Below, piece by piece: positions 21,309 through 30,651 of a stretch of 64,000 nucleotides of DNA (its first letter is position 1; every line of letters starts with the position of its first letter). Below the pieces are notes generated by a model. That model was not told the DNA's origin and made no database searches. It saw only the letters and a program-made list of their open reading frames with translations. The position numbers and the translations under genes were made by a program. Location: NCBI GenBank assembly GCA_963718895.1, contig CAVRAG010000004.1:128001-192000 (forward strand), read 5' to 3'. The stretch comes from an uncultured Nitrososphaerota archaeon. Lineage in GTDB: Archaea > Thermoproteota > Nitrososphaeria > Nitrososphaerales > Gagatemarchaeaceae.

Positions 21309-22331
21309 CTATCTCGGGACCGGCGCGTCTTCTCCGATGAGATTCTCAGACTTGAGGTCGTTCCACAGGTCTCTCGGTATCTTGAACCTGAGCGCGTTCG
21401 AGTTGTCCTCCACCTCCTCGGGAGATCGGCACCCCGGTATCGTAGACGTTACGGTAGGGTTCGCCAGGATGAACTGCAGCGCGGCGGCCCTCAGGGGTGT
21501 CGAATGCTCATCGCAGACCTTCTTGATCCTCCGGGCCTTCTTCAGAAGCTCGGGCGGCGCGTCCGCATAGTTGTACTTGGCGCCCGCAGAGAGGTCGGAG
21601 GCGAGGATCCCGCTGTTGAAGGGGCCGCCGATGATTACACCTATTTGGTGGTCGTCGCAGTACGGGAGGAACTCTTCGAGGGCGCCCTGCTCCAGCAGCG
21701 TGTACCTCCCGGCGATTAGGAAGCAATCGAAATCGGCCTTCTTCGCCAGTTTGAGGGCGGTCTCGTAGCTGTTCAGCCCTGCCCCTATCGCCTTCGTTGC
21801 GCCGCTCTCCTTGAGCTTCGAAATGGTCGGATAAGACTCCCTGATAGCCTGCGGGATATCGTCATCGCAGTCGTGGATGAGCAGGATGTCAACGCTCTTC
21901 AGGCGGAGGCGCTTGAGGCTGCTCTGGAACGAGTTCATGATACCCGCCGTGCTGAAATCGAAGACGGCCTCCAGCTTCGGCGCGCCCTTCCATCTTACAG
22001 GCTCAGAGGATGGTACGAGTACCCTTCCAACCTTGGTGGATATTGTGAACAGCTTCCTGTCGATGCCCATGAGCGCCTCGCCGACTCTCCTCTCGCTCGT
22101 GCCCGACCCGTACAGGGGCGCGGTATCGAGGTGATCGAATCCTGCATCGAGCGCCTTCCTGACAGTTGCGACCGCCACGTCGTCCTGCACGGGCTCGTAC
22201 ATGTAGCCCAGGGCTCCCCCGCCGAGCCCGGCTCTGCTGATTTCCAGCTTTGCGGCGCCGACACGAGCCCTGCCAAAACTCGCCAAGACCGTTGTCGGTA
22301 CCGTGTGCAATAGATAGAGTTTTCCGGGCAT
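21309..22331 (-). CDS. Aldo/keto reductase (D-threo-aldose 1-dehydrogenase-like)
   Basis: DTAPLYGSGTSE, STKVGR, LIHD, AGRYTLLEQ, GGPFNSGIL; exact start uncertain. Confidence 0.88.
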   Translation of the reverse strand: MPGKLYLLHTVPTTVLASFGRARVGAAKLEISRAGLGGGALGYMYEPVQDDVAVATVRKALDAGFDHLDTAPLYGSGTSERRVGEALMGIDRKLFTISTKVGRVLVPSSEPVRWKGAPKLEAVFDFSTAGIMNSFQSSLKRLRLKSVDILLIHDCDDDIPQAIRESYPTISKLKESGATKAIGAGLNSYETALKLAKKADFDCFLIAGRYTLLEQGALEEFLPYCDDHQIGVIIGGPFNSGILASDLSAGAKYNYADAPPELLKKARRIKKVCDEHSTPLRAAALQFILANPTVTSTIPGCRSPEEVEDNSNALRFKIPRDLWNDLKSENLIGEDAPVPR

Positions 22332-22401
22332 CCGTCTCCGGAGACCTCGTCTGTAGGAATTTTGAACAAGGCTTATACGATTCCCACGGTGGATTACTCT
22401 C

Positions 22402-22788
22402 ATGCTGAAAGAAGAGAAAGCGAGGCTCAAACAGCGCCTGACCCCCAAACAATACGACGTCTGCATCAACAAGGGCACGGAGATTCCGTTCTCGGGCGAG
22501 TACTGGGATAGCCACGAGCAGGGAGTCTATCACTGCGTGGTCTGCGGCAACCCGCTGTTTAGTTCGGAGACCAAGTTCGAATCCGGCACTGGGTGGCCGA
22601 GCTTCTGGGAGCCGATAGCGGCGGGCTCTGTCAAGGAAGAATCAGACAACTCCCTGTTCATGAGGAGGACGGAGGTTGAGTGTGCCCGCTGCGGTTCCCA
22701 CCTGGGGCATGTCTTCAGCGACGGTCCGAAGCCGACCGGTTTGAGGTACTGCATCAACTCGGTCTCTCTGAATCGCAGCGAGAAGTAA
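22402..22788 (+). CDS. msrB: Peptide-methionine (R)-S-oxide reductase
   Basis: [37 protein letters not shown]. Confidence 0.96.
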   Translation: MLKEEKARLKQRLTPKQYDVCINKGTEIPFSGEYWDSHEQGVYHCVVCGNPLFSSETKFESGTGWPSFWEPIAAGSVKEESDNSLFMRRTEVECARCGSHLGHVFSDGPKPTGLRYCINSVSLNRSEK

Positions 22789-22842
22789 CTCCGCTCTGAA
22801 CAGGCCCAAAGGCTGATAGCCTGAATCCATCCTAGACCGTCC

Positions 22843-23826
22843 GTGGAGTACGTTAGATTCGGTCAGACGGGCCTGAAGGTCTCTCGAATCTGCCTTGGCT
22901 GCATGACCTTTGGGAACCAGTCGACCTGGATGGTGGATGGCGAAGGCGCGAAGGCGGTGCTGAGGCGCGCCTGGGACCTAGGGATAACCTTCTACGACAC
23001 CGCCGACGTCTATTCGAAGGGGAGGTCCGAGGAGATACTCGGAGAGTTCCTCAAAGGGGGCCGCGAGGACGCGGTAGTCGCGACCAAGGTGTTCAACCCC
23101 ATGGGCGAGGGCGCCAACGCGCAGGGCCTTTCCAGCAAGCACGTGCACCACGCGCTCGACGAGTCTCTTCGCAGGCTGGGGATGGACTACGTGGACCTCT
23201 ACCAGACGCACCGCTGGGACTACGACACGCCGATCGAGGAGACACTCTCGGTCCTCAGCGAGCTCGTCGAGGGTGGGAGTGTCAGGTACATCGGAGCGTC
23301 GAGCATGTGGGCCTGGCAGTTTGCCAAGGCGCTCTACGCCAGCGATATAGGAGGCTACGCCCGCTTCGTGAGCATGCAGAACCTGTACAACCTGATCTAC
23401 CGCGAGGAGGAAAGGGAGATGAACCCCCTCTGCGCCGCTGAGAAGATCGCCCTGATCCCGTGGAGCCCGACCGCCGCCGGGATACTCTCGGGGAAGTACT
23501 TCGACGGCGGCAGGATAGTCACGACGCAGAAAGACAGCGGGAGGGTCTCACCCGGGTCGATGTCCTACTCTAGGTACGTGGGGAAGCCGACGAGCGATGA
23601 AATAGTCCGCAGGACCAGGGAAGTGGCTGGGAACAAGGGTGCGACCCCAACTCAGGTCGCGATTGCATGGCTCCTCTTCAAGGGAGTCACCGCCCCCATC
23701 GTCGGCACGACGAAGGTGGAGCACCTGGAGGAGTTCGTAGAGTCGCTCAACGTGAAGATATCGGCGGAGGAGGCTAAGTACCTGGAAGAGCCCTACACCC
23801 CTCAGGGCGTCTCGGGGCACGTCTGA
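22843..23826 (+). CDS. Aldo/keto reductase
   Basis: CLGCMTFG, DTADVYSKG.SE, DLYQTHRWD, YIGASSM, YNLIYREEERE. Confidence 0.93.
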   Translation: MEYVRFGQTGLKVSRICLGCMTFGNQSTWMVDGEGAKAVLRRAWDLGITFYDTADVYSKGRSEEILGEFLKGGREDAVVATKVFNPMGEGANAQGLSSKHVHHALDESLRRLGMDYVDLYQTHRWDYDTPIEETLSVLSELVEGGSVRYIGASSMWAWQFAKALYASDIGGYARFVSMQNLYNLIYREEEREMNPLCAAEKIALIPWSPTAAGILSGKYFDGGRIVTTQKDSGRVSPGSMSYSRYVGKPTSDEIVRRTREVAGNKGATPTQVAIAWLLFKGVTAPIVGTTKVEHLEEFVESLNVKISAEEAKYLEEPYTPQGVSGHV

Positions 23827-23827
23827 G

Positions 23828-24238
23828 ATGAAGATTCCCCGCCCCGGCGTCGAAGACAGGGCCTTCTTCTTGTCGGTGCTCCCGAAGGACCCGCATGTCC
23901 ACGTCAGGCCTATGTTCGGGAACGACGCCGCTTTCGTGAACGGGAACCTGTTCGCGGGCCTGTTCGGCAAGGACCTCTTCGTCAGGCTCTCGGAAGAGGA
24001 CCAGACGGAGCTTCTCAGAGAGAAGGGCGCGTCGAGGTTCTCCCCGATGGATGGCAGGCCCATGAGCGGCTACATCGTGGTTCCGGGCGCGTGGAGAACA
24101 GACCAGAAGAAGGCCAGCGCGTGGGTCGCAAGATCGCTTGTATGGGCCTCCGGGCTACCTGCCAAGAAGGCTAAGTCCGAGACCTATCGTCCGGAGCCAA
24201 GGCGCGGCCCCGTCACATCCCCTTCCGGAATTCCTTGA
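23828..24238 (+). CDS. TfoX N-terminal domain protein
   Basis: RPMFG..A.FVNGNLFAG, GRPMSGY. Confidence 0.8.
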   Translation: MKIPRPGVEDRAFFLSVLPKDPHVHVRPMFGNDAAFVNGNLFAGLFGKDLFVRLSEEDQTELLREKGASRFSPMDGRPMSGYIVVPGAWRTDQKKASAWVARSLVWASGLPAKKAKSETYRPEPRRGPVTSPSGIP

Positions 24239-24476
24239 CCTCTCCTGTCGTCGCATCCAGAATGAGGAAGGCCGTGTCTGAGAACATGGCCTTGGGTTTC
24301 TTGTACTCGACGTCGAATCTCCAGACACCTTGCATCTCCTCGAGCTTTGCAGATGTGACGTCGAAATCCTCCGCGCCTACCGCCGTCCTGAGCTGTTCGG
24401 CTACCCGCTTCTTGGCGTCAGCAAAGCTCAGCGTGGGCATTACTCGAGGCTTCCGTTCCGTTTCATCTCTAGGCAC
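24213..24476 (-). CDS. Small hypothetical protein (PepSY-like)
   Basis: LSFADAKK...W..DVEY...ILDATTGEV pattern. Confidence 0.55.
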   Translation of the reverse strand: MPRDETERKPRVMPTLSFADAKKRVAEQLRTAVGAEDFDVTSAKLEEMQGVWRFDVEYKKPKAMFSDTAFLILDATTGEVKEFRKGM

Positions 24477-24618
24477 GATATAAGGTTGAGTGGAGACGCC
24501 GCGAGATGGAGGCCGGGCTGGGTCTCATTCGGGAGGTGGCCGGCAGCCTCCATGGAGCCTTCACCGGTCATCTGACGCCCTCGTTCGGTTTAATACCCGG
24601 CCCCCGCGAATCAGGGTC

Positions 24619-25566
24619 GTGCTAGCCTCTTCTCTGACTGAGAAGGTGATCATCACGGCGGCCATTACAGGCGCCGTCCACACGCCTACCATGAGTCCAT
24701 ACCTGCCGATCACGCCGGAGCAGATCGCCGACGAGGCTGTGAGGGCCGCCGAAGCCGGTGCCGCGATTGTGCACATCCACGTGAGGGACCCGTCGACAGG
24801 GAAGCCGACCTCTGACCTTGAGCTGTTCCGCAGAGTCCTGACCGAGATCAAGAAGAGGTCTGACGTCGTCGTCAACACCACCACAGGAGGCGGGTTCGGG
24901 ATGACCGCCCAGGAGAGGCTCGCAGTAGTCCCCGCCTTCAGACCCGAGATGGCCTCGTTCAACATGGGCTCGATGAACTTCGGCCTCTATCCGTACCTCT
25001 CGAAGCCGAGGACGTGGAAGTTTCCCTGGGAGGAACCGTACATCAGGGCGACCAAGGACTACATCTTCAAGAACACCTTCGCCGACATGGAGGTGTTCTG
25101 CAAGACAATGCGAGAGAATGGGACCAAACCGGAACTCGAGTGCTACGACGTCTCGCACGTCTACAACGCGAACAGGCTCCTGGCGGAGGGGACCCTGGAG
25201 GGTCCCGTACACATGCAGTTCGTCCTCGGGATAACTGGGGGGATCGGCGCCTCCCTCGAAGACCTTCTCATGATGAAACAGACCGCGGACAGGTTGCTTG
25301 GTGCCGGGAGCTACACCTGGTCGGTGGCGGCTGCCGGGAGGCACCAGTTCGGGTCATGCCTGGCCGCCGCCAGGCTTGGCGGCCACACGCGGGTGGGCCT
25401 TGAGGACAACCTCTACATGGGGAAGGGTGTCTACGCGCGCACAAACGCCGAACAGGTGACCAAGATTAAGACGATGGTGCAGGAGACGACCGGGCGGGAC
25501 ACCGCCACGCCAGACGAGGTCAGGAAGGGACTCGGCCTGAAGGGCATTGGCGCAGTGAACTTCTAG
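24619..25566 (+). CDS. Beta-keto acid cleavage enzyme (BKACE/Kce, DUF849)
   Basis: IITAAITGAVH, AGAAIVHIHVRD, PEMAS.NMGS.NF, PELECYD, RVGLEDN; probable GTG start at 24619. Confidence 0.92.
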   Translation: MLASSLTEKVIITAAITGAVHTPTMSPYLPITPEQIADEAVRAAEAGAAIVHIHVRDPSTGKPTSDLELFRRVLTEIKKRSDVVVNTTTGGGFGMTAQERLAVVPAFRPEMASFNMGSMNFGLYPYLSKPRTWKFPWEEPYIRATKDYIFKNTFADMEVFCKTMRENGTKPELECYDVSHVYNANRLLAEGTLEGPVHMQFVLGITGGIGASLEDLLMMKQTADRLLGAGSYTWSVAAAGRHQFGSCLAAARLGGHTRVGLEDNLYMGKGVYARTNAEQVTKIKTMVQETTGRDTATPDEVRKGLGLKGIGAVNF

Positions 25567-25622
25567 ACCTCGAAGGAAGAAAGGGCCAAGGGATTTAACC
25601 GATTGATGTGTTGGGAGACCAG

Positions 25623-26624
25623 ATGAAAGCACTGGTCCTGAACAGGCTAGCTCCGATAGAGGACGGCCCTCTCGAATATCGAGAGTTCGACGACCCCATT
25701 CTGGAGCCGTCCGACGTCTTGCTCAGGGTGTCAGCGTGCGGGGTCTGCCACTCGAACCTCCATCTAGTGGAGGGCGACCTCAAGGTCTATGGGATACCCG
25801 CGGCCCTCCCTATCATCCCCGGACACGAGGTGGTCGGGGTAGTCGCGGGGATCGGGCACAGGGTGAAAGACATCAAGATGGGTCAGAGGGTCGGAGTCTC
25901 TGTCATCTGGAGGACCTGCGGCAGGTGCGAGTACTGTTTGAGCGGCGACGAGAACCTCTGCCCGGAGAGGGTGATTTCTGGGGAACACGTGAACGGAGGG
26001 TACGCCGAGTACATGAAGGCCCCGCACGACTTCGTCTACCCGGTACCTGACAACATAAGCGACATAGATGCCGCCACACTGTTCTGCCCCGGGGTGACGG
26101 CGTACAGGGCGGTGGAGAGAGCCGAAATCAGACCTGGAGAGAACGTCATGGTGATTGGGATAGGCGGGGTGGGCCACTTCTCCGTCCAGTTCGCGAAGCT
26201 GAAGGGTGCGCACGTAACGGCGGTCGACGTCTCGAAGGCGCAGCTAGGGCTCGCCCGGGAGATGGGGGCCGATGAGGCCGTGCTCTCCTCGGAGGCCGAC
26301 GAGTTCGCGAAATCGAACAGGCCCGCGAAGGTAATCATGCACACGCCTGCGCCGGCCGCGATAAGCCTCGCTACCAGGGTCGTGAAGAACAGGGGCACGA
26401 TCCTCATGGCGGTCTTCGGCGACGTCCCCGTCGGGTTCGGGGGGGAGGTCGGCATAGTCACGAGCATGGCAGGCAGCAAGAAGGACCTGCACGAGATGCT
26501 CAGACTGGCGTCACAGGGGAAGGTGAGGGTGAAGGCGAAGGGATATCCACTTAGCGAAGGCTCAGAAGTCCTACAGAAGCTCAAGGCCGGCGATGTGGTG
26601 GGAAGAGCAGTCCTTGTCCCCTGA
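25623..26624 (+). CDS. Zinc-dependent alcohol dehydrogenase
   Basis: CGVCHSNLH, PGHEVVG, CGRCEYC...ENLC, GIGGVG. Confidence 0.93.
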   Translation: MKALVLNRLAPIEDGPLEYREFDDPILEPSDVLLRVSACGVCHSNLHLVEGDLKVYGIPAALPIIPGHEVVGVVAGIGHRVKDIKMGQRVGVSVIWRTCGRCEYCLSGDENLCPERVISGEHVNGGYAEYMKAPHDFVYPVPDNISDIDAATLFCPGVTAYRAVERAEIRPGENVMVIGIGGVGHFSVQFAKLKGAHVTAVDVSKAQLGLAREMGADEAVLSSEADEFAKSNRPAKVIMHTPAPAAISLATRVVKNRGTILMAVFGDVPVGFGGEVGIVTSMAGSKKDLHEMLRLASQGKVRVKAKGYPLSEGSEVLQKLKAGDVVGRAVLVP

Positions 26625-26933
26625 GCGCTGAGGACGTTCAGTTCGAATAGGTCAGCGTTCCTTCCACGGTGAGTCTGCATCATCTTCGCGGTTGCGAGAG
26701 ACTCAGCGGACGGCTGTATTCCACTCGCAACGGGAACGAGCCTCTGACGGCAGTAGCGGCAGAAGACCGTGCTCGGTCCTATCTCGTTGCCGCAGGACGG
26801 CGGGCCGCCAAGACCGCACGGTCTCAGCGGATTCTGTGGATTCGGTGGATGAACCTAGCGAAGAGGTCCCCTCCTCTTCACGCGTCGGTTCGCGTGGCGA
26901 GTCATCTTTATTATCAGGAAAGGGGCGTTTACC

Positions 26934-27761
26934 GTGTTGTCCCTGGCAAAGAAAGTCAAGGTGGGCTGCAGCGGCTGGTCGTACAAGGACTGGGCCGGTC
27001 CGTTCTACCCTAAGGATCTGCCCGCAAAGGACTACCTAAGGTTCTACTCCCGGGTCTTCGACTGCGTGGAGATCGACTCCAGCTTCTACAGGATCCCCAA
27101 CCAGTTCATGATAGACCAGTGGATGAGGGCGACCCCCGAAGGGTTCGTCTTCAGCCCCAAGCTCTCCAAGAAGATAACCCATGACAACAAGCTCGAGAAC
27201 TTCGAGAGCACGCTCACGTACTTCTACAGCGTCGTGGGGAAGCTCGGGCCGAAGCTCGGGCCGATCGTGGCTCAGCTACCCCCCTCGGTGAAGGCAGACA
27301 AGCACATGCCCGCGATGAAGAAGTTCGTGGAGTTTCTCAGCCCGAAGTACAAGCACGCCATCGAGTTCAGGCACAAATCCTGGTTCACCCCCGAGGTGTA
27401 CAAGCTGCTCGAGAAGAACAACGTCGCGATGACCTGGTCGCTCAACCAGTACCTCGAGACGCCCGCGGAGGTGACGGCTGACTTCACGGTCCTTCGCATG
27501 GTCGGCGAGCGGGACATCACCGAGTTCGGAGGGATACAGAAGGAACGCAAGGCGGACATGGAGAGGTGGGCTGAGAACCTCAAGGAGGAGGGCGACTCGT
27601 TAGACAATGCGTACGTCTTCTTCAACAACCACTTTGCGGGCTTCGGCCCGGAGTCGGTCAACGAGTTCAGGAGGCTCCTCGGCATGATAGAGATGGATTG
27701 GAAGGAGAAGCAGGTTCCGGGCCCGGCTGACTCGGCCCAGGGGACGCTCACAGGGTTCTAG
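26934..27761 (+). CDS. DUF72 (YecE-like) protein, paralog 1
   Basis: GCSGWSY, VEIDSSFY, ITH, QLPPS, IEFRH.SW, FFNNH. Confidence 0.9.
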   Translation: MLSLAKKVKVGCSGWSYKDWAGPFYPKDLPAKDYLRFYSRVFDCVEIDSSFYRIPNQFMIDQWMRATPEGFVFSPKLSKKITHDNKLENFESTLTYFYSVVGKLGPKLGPIVAQLPPSVKADKHMPAMKKFVEFLSPKYKHAIEFRHKSWFTPEVYKLLEKNNVAMTWSLNQYLETPAEVTADFTVLRMVGERDITEFGGIQKERKADMERWAENLKEEGDSLDNAYVFFNNHFAGFGPESVNEFRRLLGMIEMDWKEKQVPGPADSAQGTLTGF

Positions 27762-27768
27762 TCGCGCC

Positions 27769-28848
27769 ATGGAACAAGAGACGCGCCGGACGATCTTCCA
27801 CGTGGACCTCGACGCCTTCTACGTCTCGGTCGAGGCGAGGGAGAACCCAGCACTTCGGGGGGCAGCGGTCGTCGTCGGAGCCGACCCAGAGCAGGGCAAG
27901 GGCAGGGGCGTTGTGATAACGTGTTCCTATGAGGCCCGGAGGTTCGGTCTGAGGTCCGGTATGCCGATATCCAGGGCATGGAAGCTCTGCCCCTCGGCTG
28001 TCTACCTCAGGCCGAACTTCGCGCTCTACGAGCGCGTCTCCGAGGAGGTAATGGGCACCCTGAAGCAGTTCGGCGAGTTCGAGCAGACGGGCATCGACGA
28101 GGCTTTTCTGGACGTGAGTGGACGGGCCACCAGCCCGGAGGAGGCGGAGCAACTGGCCCTCGTGGTCAAGCGGACGGTCCGCAACGTCCACGGGCTCTCA
28201 TCTTCGATCGGCATCGGTCCGAACAAGTCCTCTGCCAAGATAGCGTCGGACCTTCATAAGCCGGACGGCCTGACGGTGGTCCCGCTGGACTCCCCATCGG
28301 CGTTCCTCGCCCCGCTCCCGGTGTCCGTCATCCCTGGGGTGGGGAAGAAGACCCAAGCGTTCCTCAAGGATCATGGCGTCGAGACGATAGCCCAACTCCA
28401 GGCGGTGCCCGGAAAGCAACTCATGACGTGGTTCGGAAAGACGGGGGTCTGGCTCTGGGGTGTCGCGCACGCCCAGGAGAGGATACCGGTGCGCGCCCGG
28501 GACATGCCCAAGTCCCTCGCCGTCGAGCGGACCTTCAGGGAAGACGTACACGATTTCGGAAGGGTCCACTCCGAGGCCGAAGACGCCGCTCACGAGCTCC
28601 ACGACAGGGTCAAGCAGGCGGGAGTGAGATTCAGGGTGACGGGCATAAAGATCAGGTTCACGCATTTCGAGACGCACACGAGGGAAAGGACGCTCCCGGC
28701 CTATACCGACAGTGAGGGGGTCCTGAAGGAGAACGCGAAGGACCTGCTGGAGGAATTTGCGTCGAGAGGAGAGGGGGTGAGGTTGGTCGGCGTCAGGGTA
28801 TCCGGATTGGAGCGAGACTCCTCGAAGACGGAGACCCTGCTCGCCTAG
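27769..28848 (+). CDS. dinB: Y-family DNA polymerase IV (DinB/Dpo4)
   Basis: HVDLDAFYVSVE, SYEAR.FG..SGMP, GIDEAFLD, AKIASD..KPDG, little-finger VRLVGVRVSGL. Confidence 0.95.
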   Translation: MEQETRRTIFHVDLDAFYVSVEARENPALRGAAVVVGADPEQGKGRGVVITCSYEARRFGLRSGMPISRAWKLCPSAVYLRPNFALYERVSEEVMGTLKQFGEFEQTGIDEAFLDVSGRATSPEEAEQLALVVKRTVRNVHGLSSSIGIGPNKSSAKIASDLHKPDGLTVVPLDSPSAFLAPLPVSVIPGVGKKTQAFLKDHGVETIAQLQAVPGKQLMTWFGKTGVWLWGVAHAQERIPVRARDMPKSLAVERTFREDVHDFGRVHSEAEDAAHELHDRVKQAGVRFRVTGIKIRFTHFETHTRERTLPAYTDSEGVLKENAKDLLEEFASRGEGVRLVGVRVSGLERDSSKTETLLA

Positions 28849-29114
28849 GCGCGCGAGCCACACGACATGTTGCAAGCAACTTGGGCAAGGAGGGTGAATG
28901 ATTGACGCTCTGCTATGATGATTCTGTGAGAAGTTGCAAGATAATAGATTGTATTATTGAACAAATCGACAGTTAAGGCCATAATCATTGATGGTTCCTT
29001 CCTCCGTCGTCTGAGGTGCGGGAGACCTGGCGGTGCGACGCCAAATCGATTGAACAGCCCCTCCGGGCGTGTTCTTTTCTGTAGTTCTATTAATCCCGCT
29101 GATACCATGTCAGG

Positions 29115-29795
29115 ATGATTCGCATGATCTCGAAAGCGCTGTTGCTTACGGCGGCCATAGTCATAGTGCTTGGCGCCGCAATCTACATCCCCGCCACGGT
29201 CCAGCCGGGTGCCAGCTCCACCCTGTCGACTGTGACAACGGCCTCCAGCTGCACGACTTCAAACACGTCCGTCTCGACGACGGCTCAGTCGTCGACCACA
29301 TCGACAACCTCCACGACCTCTACCATCATCAGCACCTCAACGTCCTCCAGCGCGATCTCGAACGTGACCTCAGGTCAGTTCAGCTACTCGCCGGGCACGC
29401 CAGTCAGGGTTGAGTCGGTCCAGGCCACCACGGCCAAAGATTCGCACGGAAACACGACTGTCACATTCCAGGTGCTATTCGAGAATGTCGGGAGCGCTCC
29501 GATATACGTGGTGGGCGGCTGCGGAGGAGGACTCTCGGCGTCAATAGTCGGGAACTCATCGGTGCTTCGTCAGGTTCCTGGGGGCCCGTTGTGCGACTGC
29601 GCAGCGATCATCCTAACTCTTAGTGAGGGCCAGAACCACACATCCGTCACGCCGGGCTGCTGGAGCGGTTACGCCTACCATCTCGTGTCCTCTGGGACGG
29701 TGACAATGAACATGACCCTCGAGTGGTCTACGAACGCGCAGAGTCTCTCGGGCACCGACTCCACGTCAATCCAGGCGGAGTTCACTTTCACGTGA
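29115..29795 (+). CDS. Secreted or membrane-anchored Ser/Thr-rich protein
   Basis: N-terminal hydrophobic anchor, S/T low-complexity linker, beta-rich domain with four Cys. Confidence 0.7.
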   Translation: MIRMISKALLLTAAIVIVLGAAIYIPATVQPGASSTLSTVTTASSCTTSNTSVSTTAQSSTTSTTSTTSTIISTSTSSSAISNVTSGQFSYSPGTPVRVESVQATTAKDSHGNTTVTFQVLFENVGSAPIYVVGGCGGGLSASIVGNSSVLRQVPGGPLCDCAAIILTLSEGQNHTSVTPGCWSGYAYHLVSSGTVTMNMTLEWSTNAQSLSGTDSTSIQAEFTFT

Positions 29796-29812
29796 TGAGT
29801 CTTGTGAACGAC

Positions 29813-30049
29813 TTACTTGGTCTTCGCCGGTTTGTGCACAAAACCGTCGAGAATCAGCCGAATGTCCTTGCCTTCCTTCCTCGATTGCTTCGATAGCTCC
29901 GCCCTTCTTCCGGGTGGGAGCTTGTTCCAGTACCTCGCCAGGTCGTCTGCCGTATCGAACACATAGTATTCACCTTGCTTGAACGGGGGCTCGAGTCCCT
30001 TTCCCACTACCGGGGCGACACCGTCATCCACGACCCTGATTGAAGCCAT
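29813..30049 (-). CDS. Small hypothetical protein
   Basis: ATG with TTTAA about 25 nt upstream on the minus strand; protein-like composition. Confidence 0.55.
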   Translation of the reverse strand: MASIRVVDDGVAPVVGKGLEPPFKQGEYYVFDTADDLARYWNKLPPGRRAELSKQSRKEGKDIRLILDGFVHKPAKTK

Positions 30050-30137
30050 GCACTGAGACCCGAGTCCGACCCGTTAAAAGAATTGGCTTCGGGTCTCATC
30101 GAGGATAGAAACGGACCGGCGGTACGGTTCGGCCATG

Positions 30138-30144
30138 TTTTATA
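30138..30144 (+). promoter_or_regulatory. TATA box for the zinc-finger microprotein
   Basis: TTTTATA 22 nt upstream of GTG at 30167. Confidence 0.55.
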
Positions 30145-30166
30145 GTGGCATAATTCAGCAAGGACT

Positions 30167-30292
30167 GTGAACAGAGCCGTAGAACGTTGCCCAGTGTGCG
30201 GCGCAACGGGGAAGGTCTACAGAACGCCCCGCGGGTTACGTTGCGAGAGTTGCGTCCGGAAGATGGATTCGTCGGGCCTCGGTTTCACCTAA
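30167..30292 (+). CDS. 41-aa CPxCG zinc-finger microprotein (below the ORF-track cutoff)
   Basis: MNRAVERCPVCGATGKVYRTPRGLRCESCVRKMDSSGLGFT; two CxxC pairs and a TATA box. Confidence 0.65.
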   Translation: MNRAVERCPVCGATGKVYRTPRGLRCESCVRKMDSSGLGFT

Positions 30293-30392
30293 AGCCGTGA
30301 GGATTACCTCCCACCCCTTGGGATTCGTTTAGAGTCCAAGGTGGCTCCCTGCGAGGTCACGCGTGGGTCAGGGAAGGCTATGGCCGGATGTC

Positions 30393-30545
30393 TCAGGTTG
30401 TCTCGGCTTTGGCAGGTTCACCGTTCATGAACCCGGCCTTCGCTCTGACTTCCTTCGGCCTCTGTCGCTTCAACCAACTCTCGAATGAATCTAGAATCTC
30501 TTCATTCCCAGTGCGAGACTTCCGCTTTGCCTTGCTTTTCGGCAT
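30393..30545 (-). CDS. Putative 50-aa basic microprotein
   Basis: MPKSKAKRKSRTGNEEILDSFESWLKRQRPKEVRAKAGFMNGEPAKAETT, read by hand. Confidence 0.35.
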   Translation of the reverse strand: MPKSKAKRKSRTGNEEILDSFESWLKRQRPKEVRAKAGFMNGEPAKAETT

Positions 30546-30651
30546 GAACAGACTGGCTCATGGACGTAATTATCCTTTGCTAAGGTGCGTTGACCATTTG
30601 GGGGTTACCATCAACCCCAAATAGAGTGATTGCACTCTTCTTCCTCCCGCT

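Noticed and set aside
29210-29360. Repetitive TCGAC/ACC-rich stretch
   Set aside because: It encodes the Ser/Thr linker of a secreted protein; there is no regular repeat-spacer structure, so not CRISPR
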